Shown: piece by piece, positions 1 to 8,704 of the stretch
Numbering within the stretch: position 1 is the first letter of the stretch
Layout: every line of letters begins with the position of its first letter
NCBI GenBank assembly: GCA_963677625.2
Contig: CAXXSW010000003.1
Location: 25,594-89,593, forward strand
Length of the DNA: 64,000 bases
Origin: Vallitaleaceae bacterium
GTDB lineage: Bacteria > Bacillota > Clostridia > Lachnospirales > Vallitaleaceae
Reading direction: 5' to 3'
Translations under genes and position numbers: made by a program
The notes under the pieces: generated by a model
Told to the model about the DNA's origin: nothing
What the model saw: the letters and a program-made list of their open reading frames with translations, nothing else
Database searches by the model: none

Positions 1-453
1 CTGCATAAAGACCTGATCGTTAATAGCCATAGCAGGGGCCAAACCACAGGCACCAATACATCTGGTTATTTCCAATGAATAGAGACCATCTTCACTGGTC
101 TCACCGACATCTATACCAAGGACTTCCTTCATCCGTGTAATTATCTTTTTCCCACCACGAACATAACAGGCTGTTCCTAGACAGACCTTCACTACATATT
201 TACCTTTTTTCTCTTTAGAAAATAAGGCATAAAAACTGACTACACCTGATACTTTTGATAAAGGAATTTTCATCTTATCTGCAATATGTTCCTGCAAAGT
301 AATAGGCAGATAACCATATGCTGCTTGTGCCATATGAAGTATCTGAATTAGATTTTTCTCGTCATAATCATAGTCTTCAATCACATCATCTACAAAAGCT
401 ATAAGCTCATCATCTGTCATATCATCCCAATTACACTTTGTCTTCGTTTCCAT
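1..453 (-). CDS. nuoE: NuoE/HydC-like [2Fe-2S] subunit of an NADH-dependent (bifurcating-type) hydrogenase/dehydrogenase, truncated by window edge
   Basis: Own translation (not in ORF track): METKTKCNWDDM...LIQILHMAQAAYGYLP...VSGVVSFYALF...VKVCLGTACYVRGG...LEITRCIGACGLAPAMAIND; four Cys ligands (CxxxxC, CxxxC); ATG at 451-453 with GGGGGG RBS. Confidence 0.9.
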   Translation of the reverse strand, partial: METKTKCNWDDMTDDELIAFVDDVIEDYDYDEKNLIQILHMAQAAYGYLPITLQEHIADKMKIPLSKVSGVVSFYALFSKEKKGKYVVKVCLGTACYVRGGKKIITRMKEVLGIDVGETSEDGLYSLEITRCIGACGLAPAMAINDQVFMQ

Positions 454-491
454 AGTGCCCCCCTTTCAGGTTCTGGATTTACAGCTACCTT

Positions 492-800
492 CTAAACTTC
501 TGACATCATCATTTTTTTAAGGTCATCTATCTGTTTATGAAGTTTATCAATTGCTTTTTCATGGTCTCTTATTTCATCTAAAAGTTCCAGTTTTTTTAGT
601 TCAAGCTCCTTGGTATCAGGATTACTTAATAATTTGATTTCCCTTTCAACTTCCATTAGTTCATCTTCCATACTCTTCCAAGCCATACCAAGACTTTTAT
701 CAAAGTCTCCTCCATGAATATACTTCTCAACACAATTCATTTCATACTCAATGTGACTTTTACGCCTCAAATAAGTCATTAACCTTTCCATTTCGCCCAT
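492..800 (-). CDS. Hypothetical coiled-coil protein, first gene upstream of the nuoE-like gene
   Basis: 102-aa ORF with AGGAAAGG RBS; heptad-like C-terminal half; no family recognised. Confidence 0.6.
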   Translation of the reverse strand: MGEMERLMTYLRRKSHIEYEMNCVEKYIHGGDFDKSLGMAWKSMEDELMEVEREIKLLSNPDTKELELKKLELLDEIRDHEKAIDKLHKQIDDLKKMMMSEV

Positions 801-1178
801 CCTTTCCTAAAAATAATTATTACCATAGTTAACATACTCTATAGCTTATGTCCATCTCCCAAATAAGTCAGTAAAAGCAAAGTAAGCAAAACAGACCTAT
901 GAAATTTCATAAGTCATCCCATCAAGGGCTAGATTAGCCTGATTAAACTAAGCTTCTATACGTTCGTATATGTCTTCTTATTCAGTTATTCATTGTTATA
1001 AGTAAGTTCAAATTCAGTCTAAGAAAGTATGATTTGCTGTGAGGGAATGTGAAAGAATTGTCAAATTATAGCATTTGAATGATTGTTAAATTATAGGCAA
1101 TCCCTTGTAAGCACCTATACATAAATTATAGTCCTCTTATGTCGTGTATGCAACTTTTTTTGTCAAAAAATACACAAG

Positions 1179-1242
1179 TGAAGGTTTTCTTGTAGGTGTC
1201 ATGTCGGTCTTTTGGATATGATGCTGGAATAGAGAACTTTCC
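1179..1242. repeat. Nested palindromic repeat element, copy 1 (64 bp)
   Basis: 57/64 identical to 11811-11874; outer arms GGAAAGTT-like/AACTTTCC, inner 10-bp stem with 9-nt loop. Confidence 0.85.
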
Positions 1243-1256
1243 TAAAATATAAGAAA

Positions 1257-1290
1257 GACCCCATACCGGCTTAAAAGCCACTACAGAGTC
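1257..1290 (-). terminator. Intrinsic terminator of the helD-DUF4330 operon
   Basis: Minus strand GACTCT-GTA-GTGGCTTTTAAGCC-GGTAT-GGGGTC followed by TTTCTTATATT, 14 nt after the stop at 1304. Confidence 0.55.
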
Positions 1291-1303
1291 ATCATTATAA
1301 ATC

Positions 1304-1804
1304 TTATTCACCAATAATTTCATATGACTCCAACTTAAAAGATAAATCTGAAGTCATAGTCGTTAGGAAATGATTTTCATTTACAACCATTTCTGCTCCC
1401 TTAAAAAATATAATCGGCTCTTCTCGTTCCAGTTCAACTTCAACAGTTACTAAGGCTCTTTTTAGGAAAGGATGGACATCCGTTACCTCATTACCCTGAT
1501 TATCGACTAGGCTAATATAGGTATCTAGGATTTTGGTATCCGTGACTTTTCCATTAAGAAAACTTTTATCTTTAGCTAGAATATCACCTACTTGGTAGGT
1601 CTCTAGAAATTCTTCTCTGTATGGGAAGGAAAGAAAAGTTGCCTTAACCATAACTTTTTCTCCTGGAGGCTTAACTTCAATCTCTCCACCCTTTAAATAA
1701 GACGCGGCAAAAATAATCAATCCAATAACGACTACACTTAAAACAAAACCATCAATCACGTGGAGTCGATTAAAGAGAAAACCTTTTTTGTCAACTAACT
1801 TCAC
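1304..1804 (-). CDS. DUF4330-like membrane-anchored protein
   Basis: N-terminal K-G-x-L-F...IDxxVL plus TM helix, then a beta-rich domain ending in a G-x-x-M-x-V-G/N-like motif; paralogue of the adjacent gene; GTG start abuts upstream stop. Confidence 0.65.
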   Translation of the reverse strand: MKLVDKKGFLFNRLHVIDGFVLSVVVIGLIIFAASYLKGGEIEVKPPGEKVMVKATFLSFPYREEFLETYQVGDILAKDKSFLNGKVTDTKILDTYISLVDNQGNEVTDVHPFLKRALVTVEVELEREEPIIFFKGAEMVVNENHFLTTMTSDLSFKLESYEIIGE

Positions 1805-2278
1805 TTAATCCACCACCTTTACATCGACTGTTTTTCCCTCAAAACCATAATTGTCAGTCTCCAACCTAAAAACCTTACCTGATTTCATTTCATTTCCAGA
1901 AAAATCTATATAAGGTCCGTACTTGCTGGCTTGAAGATCTAACTCAACAATGAATCGCTTATAGGAAGGATCAGTTACTCTAATAAGTTGCCCGTCAATA
2001 GCTTCAACTTCTTCATAGGGCAGAACTTCGACACCAAGAACCCTCCCCTTTTGATTTGCATTCAGGGCAATCAGAATATCACCTGCTTGGATCGTTCCCT
2101 CAAACTCTTCCTCTATAAAATCCAGTTCTACTACAGCTTCAACGTGAACAATTGATGATGGTTGATTGTCATCACTTCCCTTTAAATAGTTGTATCCAAT
2201 GATTCCCATGCCAAGAAGGATAACGATTACCAAAAGGTCAATAATATTAAACTTCCCTTTTTTCCTTATATTTTTCAT
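1805..2278 (-). CDS. DUF4330-like membrane-anchored protein
   Basis: KGKFNIIDLLVIV signature plus TM helix; GNEMKSGK motif; start moved to ATG 2278 (GAGGAG RBS). Confidence 0.7.
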   Translation of the reverse strand: MKNIRKKGKFNIIDLLVIVILLGMGIIGYNYLKGSDDNQPSSIVHVEAVVELDFIEEEFEGTIQAGDILIALNANQKGRVLGVEVLPYEEVEAIDGQLIRVTDPSYKRFIVELDLQASKYGPYIDFSGNEMKSGKVFRLETDNYGFEGKTVDVKVVD

Positions 2279-2290
2279 TTTACTCCTCAC

Positions 2291-4609
2291 TTATGATAGC
2301 AACTTAGGCTCCTGGCCCTGATAATAGATTGTGAGCTCATGTAGCGCTCTAGTACAAGCTGTGTAAAACAATTGTCTTTCCCTTTCATCATCATAACGGA
2401 AGACCTTATCTGATACAAGATGGACACTATCAAATTCCAAACCTTTAGCCAAATAACTGGGAATGACGATAATACCTGTCTTATAAAGTTGTTCTTCATT
2501 ATTGAGAAGTCCAATATCTAAATCAGCAAATCCCTGGCTATCATGACCTTGTACTAGCTTAATAATACCTTCATACAATTGATTACAATGAACCTTGGTT
2601 TTCCCAATAATTGCAATAGACCTAAACCCTGTATCAATGGCCTGTCGAACGCGATGAAGTATCTTTATGAGACCTTGTTCAACATTCGTATCCATCTTCA
2701 CAAGTGACGGTTCCTTACCGCTTCGTAAAACATTTTCACCGGTAGTTGAACTTGGAAGAATTTTACCGCAAAAATCACTTATTTCCTTGGTTGACCGATA
2801 TGTCTTGGTTAATCGTATATGTCTAGGTGACTCCCCTAGAAAATCCTCAACTATACCATTTACTTTAGATGAAATATATGGATGTATGGCCTGATTAGGA
2901 TCTCCTAAAAGTGTATATTTACAGTGGCCAAATATCAAAGCAATTATCTTATAATGCAAAAGCGTATAATCTTGAGCTTCATCAATCACCAGATACTTAA
3001 TCTTGTTCACTTCCTTAATTGTGTCCAGTCGTCCCTTCATATACATGAGACAAAGAGCATCTTCAAACTCCAACTTATGTCTGACCCTCTTAAGACCTTG
3101 CTCTTCCAAAAAATCGTTATAGATGGAGAGTAAGTCTAAGGAAGTCATTTCTTTCACCTTGCGGTGAAGAGGCTTAAAAGATTTTTTAAGATATTTGTAT
3201 ACTTTACGTTTTATATCTGCTTTGGTATAGTAGTCCTCAGATTCTATAAGCGATTTTTCATAGCTATAGGCAACCATTTTCTTCATTTCCTTGACTCTTT
3301 CCATCAGTCGGTTACGCACCTGTTTTAACCTGGAAGAGCATTTAATGACACCAACACAGTCCAAATAACTTTCGTACATCTCCTCTTTAGAAATCAATAG
3401 ATGTTCCTTATAATAAAAGTCTTCAAAATAATCGGTTCGTTTCTCAACCTGATTAATATATTCGTCAAACCTGTTAAAAAACTCAACGGAAGACTTCCTT
3501 GTCATCGATTCAACCCTATCTAAAAATTCTTTATCATGAACAGGTGTCAGAAGATATTCCATCTGGTCATAATAAGACTCGATTTCTTCCCAGTAACACT
3601 TTAAAATCTGGTTTTGAACCGGGTCCGGTCGTTCAGGGTTGTCTTCACCCTCTTCTCTTGTCTCACCATAAGCAAAATCATGTTCTTCTTGGAGAAGAGG
3701 AACATAAACACCTAACTCTGATTGAATATATTCATTAAAAGTAATGGACTCTACATTCTGTTCACCCAACTCAGGTAGTACATGTGAAATATAATCGCTG
3801 AAAATATCATTAGGAGTAAAAATAAGAACATCAGAACTCATAATAGTTTCACGATTTCTGTAAAGTAAATAGGCTATCCTGTGAAGGGCAATGGACGTCT
3901 TGCCACTTCCGGCACTACCACTTACTACCAGAACATCAGCTTCTTCATCCCTAATAACCTTATTTTGCTCCTTCTGAATAGTGGTAATAATGGTCTTCAT
4001 CTTGTCATCCACACTTTTTGCAAGGGCTTCTTTAAGCATATCATCCATAATATTGACATTGGAATCAAATACAAACTTTATGTCTCCATTTATAATCTTG
4101 AAATGTCGCTTATTCTGAAGTTCTCCACTTATCTTTCCACCAGGAGCATTATATGAGACAGCCCCCTTCTCATAATCATAAAAAATGGAGCAGATAGGGG
4201 CTCTCCAATCATAAATAAGATATTCAAAGCCCTTATTCTTAACTAAAGATGAGGAACCAATATAAATTTCCTCAACTTCTTCACCCTCTTCCTTAAAATC
4301 TATCTTAGCGAAGTAGGCACTTGATTCAAGTTTACTTAATTCCCTGACTCGCTGCATTTGGTAATCCATAGCATTTTCCACATTTCTCCCCATGGATTGG
4401 TACTGGTGCATAACAGCAGCACCTTCTAGGTCCACCAAAGATTCTGTTTCAAACTTAAACTCAGACATCATATTCTTATTGATCTCTTTTAAGGATTCTC
4501 TATTACTTACTACTCTATCTCTAGCGTCTTCAAGATCAGAACGAATTTGTTCCATGACCTTAATAAGACGTTTTTCTTCATACCCTAAAACTTGCTTGTC
4601 TACACTCAT
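2291..4609 (-). CDS. helD: RNA polymerase recycling motor ATPase HelD (SF1/UvrD-like)
   Basis: YFAKIDF, IYDWRAPICSIFY, TIQKEQNKVIR, Walker A GSAGSGKT, ALHRIAYLLY, IDEAQD, GDPNQAI, AKGLEFD, YTACTRALHEL. Confidence 0.9.
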   Translation of the reverse strand: MSVDKQVLGYEEKRLIKVMEQIRSDLEDARDRVVSNRESLKEINKNMMSEFKFETESLVDLEGAAVMHQYQSMGRNVENAMDYQMQRVRELSKLESSAYFAKIDFKEEGEEVEEIYIGSSSLVKNKGFEYLIYDWRAPICSIFYDYEKGAVSYNAPGGKISGELQNKRHFKIINGDIKFVFDSNVNIMDDMLKEALAKSVDDKMKTIITTIQKEQNKVIRDEEADVLVVSGSAGSGKTSIALHRIAYLLYRNRETIMSSDVLIFTPNDIFSDYISHVLPELGEQNVESITFNEYIQSELGVYVPLLQEEHDFAYGETREEGEDNPERPDPVQNQILKCYWEEIESYYDQMEYLLTPVHDKEFLDRVESMTRKSSVEFFNRFDEYINQVEKRTDYFEDFYYKEHLLISKEEMYESYLDCVGVIKCSSRLKQVRNRLMERVKEMKKMVAYSYEKSLIESEDYYTKADIKRKVYKYLKKSFKPLHRKVKEMTSLDLLSIYNDFLEEQGLKRVRHKLEFEDALCLMYMKGRLDTIKEVNKIKYLVIDEAQDYTLLHYKIIALIFGHCKYTLLGDPNQAIHPYISSKVNGIVEDFLGESPRHIRLTKTYRSTKEISDFCGKILPSSTTGENVLRSGKEPSLVKMDTNVEQGLIKILHRVRQAIDTGFRSIAIIGKTKVHCNQLYEGIIKLVQGHDSQGFADLDIGLLNNEEQLYKTGIIVIPSYLAKGLEFDSVHLVSDKVFRYDDERERQLFYTACTRALHELTIYYQGQEPKLLS

Positions 4610-4887
4610 CTTCTCTAGTTAACTCCTTGTAATAATCCAATACACAATTCGTATATTATACCACTTTCTTCGCCTAAAAAAAATCATTAATTCAACCTAT
4701 AGGTCTTCAAGTGAGATCTAACACTTTATATTGCCTTGGAATTATATCTATTGCCTTCACTCCTTTACTAACTCTTATGTATAACAAGAAAAAAAGTGCT
4801 GTGGCAGTAGCTCTTACTATCAGAACCAACTGGTTCGGCACCCTCTTATAGGATAGACATATCTGGTTCATGACCAAGATACTCCAT

Positions 4888-5622
4888 TTAATTAAATAAC
4901 ATATATATAACTCCGAAGAATTCACGTAAATAGTAGTTAGGCACAAGGAGGGGGAAGCTTTCAGCCCCTATACCATCAAAATCATGTCCTCGTTTCCAAC
5001 CAATCATCCTAGCTCTCAAAATGTGAAAGCGATTGGTTACAACAGCCACTTTCATCTGATTAGAGTCATTACTCTTGTTATGGTCTAAAATCTTATCCAT
5101 AGAAAACTCAATGTTCTCAATTGTACTCGTTGACTGATCTTCTATAATTAAACGTGACTCATCAATACCGTTTTCAATAAGGAAACGTTTCATAGCCTCA
5201 GCTTCACTGATACCTTCATCTGGTCCCTGGCCTCCTGATAAGACTCCATAAGCCTCCGGATGACTTTCAAGAAATTCAAGACCTTTTTCAGCACGCTTGC
5301 GAAGTGAAAGGCTCATGTTCTCTCCATTGACCTTAGCTCCCAAAATAATTATATAATCCTGATTCTGCTTTATGCTTGTCTGAAATCCCACATAAATAAT
5401 TAGGCATTCTACAACTATAACAAGTATACACGCTAGAATTAGTCCCCCTCGCAAAAAGGATTTGGACATAAACCAATCATAAGTTCTTTCAAATGACATA
5501 AAAGTTGTGAAACCTAAAACTCCCAACCATATTGGCAACATACCTGCTGTGAAATGAAATACTGTCAAATATACTATATATATGACAGTCAACGGAACCG
5601 CTACTCTAAAAACATGTATCAT
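4888..5622 (-). CDS. YdcF/ElyC/SanA (DUF218) family membrane protein
   Basis: Three N-terminal TM helices; IIILGA, SGGQGPDE, SEAEAM, EDQSTSTIEN, VVTNRFHILRA motifs. Confidence 0.9.
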   Translation of the reverse strand: MIHVFRVAVPLTVIYIVYLTVFHFTAGMLPIWLGVLGFTTFMSFERTYDWFMSKSFLRGGLILACILVIVVECLIIYVGFQTSIKQNQDYIIILGAKVNGENMSLSLRKRAEKGLEFLESHPEAYGVLSGGQGPDEGISEAEAMKRFLIENGIDESRLIIEDQSTSTIENIEFSMDKILDHNKSNDSNQMKVAVVTNRFHILRARMIGWKRGHDFDGIGAESFPLLVPNYYLREFFGVIYMLFN

Positions 5623-5648
5623 AACTTACCTCTAGCTTCCCCTAACCC

Positions 5649-7898
5649 CTATTCTTGATGACTTAATTCTTGAGAACTAAGCTCCTTATCTACCAACTCA
5701 ACAAATTCTTCCTTAAGTTCACTATCACTAGTTTCTTCATCAACAAGGGCTTTAACTGCATCAATTTCTGCATGTGGATTCTCACCTTTTGGTACCCGAA
5801 TAACCGCTTTAAACATATCTCCGTCTACTATGATCTCTTGACTACCATCCTGAAGTTTCAACAAACTTTCAACAATAGAAAGACCAAGACCGGACCCCTC
5901 AGTGCTTCTTGCATCATCACCACGTACAAATCTTGCTGCCAGGTTTTCGCCCTTGGCTTCTAAAGGGTGGTTTGAAACATTTTTAAAAATAATCTGTATA
6001 TCTTCTGATAAGCTATCAATTTCAATAAAAACTCTTGTTCCTTTTAAGGTATATTTTAATATATTAGATATAAGATTCTCAAAAACACGATACATATGGT
6101 TTGGATCAACAAGAGCCCAAGCAGCTTCACCTCGTTCAGGTTCAAATACAATCTTAAGATTTTCTTTATAGAAGTACTCTTCCCGATCTGCCAATATCTG
6201 AACCAACATCTGCCGAAGGTTAATATCCATAAGTTCCACATCCAAATTGCCGCTAGATGCCTTTGAAGCAGATACTAAATCCTCGATTAAGGTTTTTAAG
6301 CGATACCCCTTATTACTTAAGATGTTAATATAATTCTCCATATTGTCCTGAATTTCTTGCCTATCTTCTTCTGTTCTTCCAGGCTGTCTATACATAATCA
6401 GTGATTTTTCGAGAAGATCCAAATATGTAATAATTGAGGTTAGTGGATTCTTTAAGTCATGAGAAACATTGGTAATAAGTTCTGTCTTCATTTTCTCACC
6501 TCGAATAGCATCATCTAATGCTAACTGAAGTCCGTTTTGTAATTCATTAAGATCATTGGCAAAAGACTGAAAAGCCGTTTGATATTTACTGGCATCAATA
6601 GGATAAGACGTATCACCATTAGCCCTGTGCCTCGTTGCATCAATAAGGCTGGTTAAATCCTTAATAACTGACAGGACGTACATACCAGTAATAATCTGCA
6701 CAAGGAGAAAACAACCTGTAAGGAAAAGAGTTACCACTATGTTATTAAACCAAACAATAAGACCTAAAGATCCTACATTAAAACCAACATAACCAATAAG
6801 AATAATGAATATTTTGTACTTATTCAACGGGTTATCAAAGTCCATGGTAAAAAGACTTTTTATCAACCACCAAATTTTAAATGTAATAGGATTCTTATAA
6901 ATATATTTAGTCTTAACCAATCTGGCTACCGAAAGGAAGACAGCACCAGATGCAAGAACAAAAGTCCCTGAAGATACAACTAGCTGAAATCTTAAACTAT
7001 TAATATCTGTTGTCTCATAGAGACTGGCCTGATATCTAGCTAATGGAACAATTGAGATAACCAAAATCATAGCCTGAATTTCTAGAGGTATGTAATCGTA
7101 GAAAAAGAGTTTTACCGGTCCTTCATATGACGTCTTCCCAATGACCAAGGATAAATAAATGACAGCAAAAAAAGCCGCAAAGACACTAAACACCAACATA
7201 GGGAACTCATTATTGACCTTTTCCTTATACTGCCTAAAGTCATAATATCCACCACCAAATAGAATATCATCCTCCATTAGACTAAAGTCCACAGCCGTAT
7301 AATAGATCCATCTACCTTCCCTAAGTCTATATACCACATCAGAAGCTGTAACATTAGTTGTCGTATATTGAGAAGTTGTATTGTAATGTCGGTATGCTAA
7401 AGGCTGATCAGCCATAACACTGGAAACAGGAAAATATAGACCTGTAGAGTCCCATTGGATAACGGTTTCAAAAGAGCTAATATATTCTTCAGCATGGTTA
7501 AAGCCCATACTGGTATATTTAATATCAGGTATATTAGTAATCGTTTGGCCTGTTTCCTTGTCCACTAAAAGATAGATAAAAGAAGGACTCCGCCGAAGAT
7601 TATCATTAATAGCACTTAAGCGGCTTAGTGAAATAGCCTTATCATTACCGATTCTAGTATCCTCAATGCTTTTCTCATCGATTAAATCCAATTCCTTCTC
7701 AACAACATTATGACTTAGTCGGACATAATTCTGCTGGAACTCATCCGTTTCATAATAAGAATCCTTGTAGAAATACTCGCTATTATAAGATGACAGATAC
7801 TGGTAATCAATAATTGTCAACATAGCAAAGACTAGCAGGGCAAGGCCTATGAACTTAGTAAAAATATTATACGGAATATTTTTCAATTTTATACCCAA
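5649..7898 (-). CDS. Multi-TM sensor histidine kinase (HisKA + HATPase_c)
   Basis: ITNVSHDLKNPLTSII H-box, ENLISNILKY N-box, GSGLGLSI G2-box; TTG start overlaps the response regulator. Confidence 0.92.
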   Translation of the reverse strand: MGIKLKNIPYNIFTKFIGLALLVFAMLTIIDYQYLSSYNSEYFYKDSYYETDEFQQNYVRLSHNVVEKELDLIDEKSIEDTRIGNDKAISLSRLSAINDNLRRSPSFIYLLVDKETGQTITNIPDIKYTSMGFNHAEEYISSFETVIQWDSTGLYFPVSSVMADQPLAYRHYNTTSQYTTTNVTASDVVYRLREGRWIYYTAVDFSLMEDDILFGGGYYDFRQYKEKVNNEFPMLVFSVFAAFFAVIYLSLVIGKTSYEGPVKLFFYDYIPLEIQAMILVISIVPLARYQASLYETTDINSLRFQLVVSSGTFVLASGAVFLSVARLVKTKYIYKNPITFKIWWLIKSLFTMDFDNPLNKYKIFIILIGYVGFNVGSLGLIVWFNNIVVTLFLTGCFLLVQIITGMYVLSVIKDLTSLIDATRHRANGDTSYPIDASKYQTAFQSFANDLNELQNGLQLALDDAIRGEKMKTELITNVSHDLKNPLTSIITYLDLLEKSLIMYRQPGRTEEDRQEIQDNMENYINILSNKGYRLKTLIEDLVSASKASSGNLDVELMDINLRQMLVQILADREEYFYKENLKIVFEPERGEAAWALVDPNHMYRVFENLISNILKYTLKGTRVFIEIDSLSEDIQIIFKNVSNHPLEAKGENLAARFVRGDDARSTEGSGLGLSIVESLLKLQDGSQEIIVDGDMFKAVIRVPKGENPHAEIDAVKALVDEETSDSELKEEFVELVDKELSSQELSHQE

Positions 7899-8562
7899 TG
7901 CCCCACACCACCTTTAAATATTTAGGTTCCTTAGGATTGATTTCCAGTTTCTCTCGTATTCTTCTAATATGAACGGCAACTGTATTTTCAGCACCAATTG
8001 CATCTTCATTCCATACATTCTCATATATTTCTTGAATTGAAAAAACACGACCTGGGTGTTTAATCAACAAATGAATAATCTTATACTCTGTTGGTGTTAC
8101 ACTAACAAGTTCATCGTCAACTCTAACTTCTTTTGTATCTAAATTCAAGGTTAAACCACCTGATTTTAAGAGATGATCTTCTGAAACCATACTACCCAAA
8201 TTCGTATATCGACGAAGCTGGGACTTAACTCTAGCCATGAGCTCCAAAGGATTAAAGGGCTTAGTCACATAATCATCTGCACCGTAACTAAGACCCATGA
8301 TTTTATCAAAATCTTCTGATTTTGCCGACACCAAAATAATCGGAATATTGAAGTTCTTACGGATTCTGCTAGTCGTTTCAATACCATCTAATTTGGGCAT
8401 CATGATATCCATAAGCAATAAATGAATGTCCTGTTCATTCAGTATCTCCAAAACCTGCTCACCATCATATGCCTTTATGGGATTATAACCTTCCATTTTT
8501 AAATAAGTTGCAATTGCCTCAACAATATCCTTATCATCATCACATACCAAAACATTAAACAT
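7867..8562 (-). CDS. OmpR/PhoB-family response regulator
   Basis: VCDDD, LLMDIMMPKLDG, ADDYVTKPF, winged helix ending KVVWGIGYK. Confidence 0.95.
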   Translation of the reverse strand: MFNVLVCDDDKDIVEAIATYLKMEGYNPIKAYDGEQVLEILNEQDIHLLLMDIMMPKLDGIETTSRIRKNFNIPIILVSAKSEDFDKIMGLSYGADDYVTKPFNPLELMARVKSQLRRYTNLGSMVSEDHLLKSGGLTLNLDTKEVRVDDELVSVTPTEYKIIHLLIKHPGRVFSIQEIYENVWNEDAIGAENTVAVHIRRIREKLEINPKEPKYLKVVWGIGYKIEKYSV

Positions 8563-8704
8563 GTCTGTACCTCACTAATTCTCCCAAAAAGGGGATCCAT
8601 ATTACATTCTCAGAAAAATCGAATGCACACTCTTACTTTATTATATCAAACAAGGCAAAAAAATCACTGATATAATTTCTTACGATTTAAGAACAAAAAT
8701 ATAA

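Noticed and set aside
1126-1323. 65-aa ORF from the track
   Set aside because: It runs through a terminator and repeat copy 1, has no convincing RBS and resembles no family; most likely spurious.
4707-4946. 79-aa ORF, and a 17-aa GTG sub-ORF (4760-4707) as a possible helD leader peptide
   Set aside because: The long ORF overlaps the YdcF end and crosses a terminator. The short ORF has an RBS-like AAGGAG, but an extended -10 promoter for helD lies downstream of it and no attenuator structure was seen.
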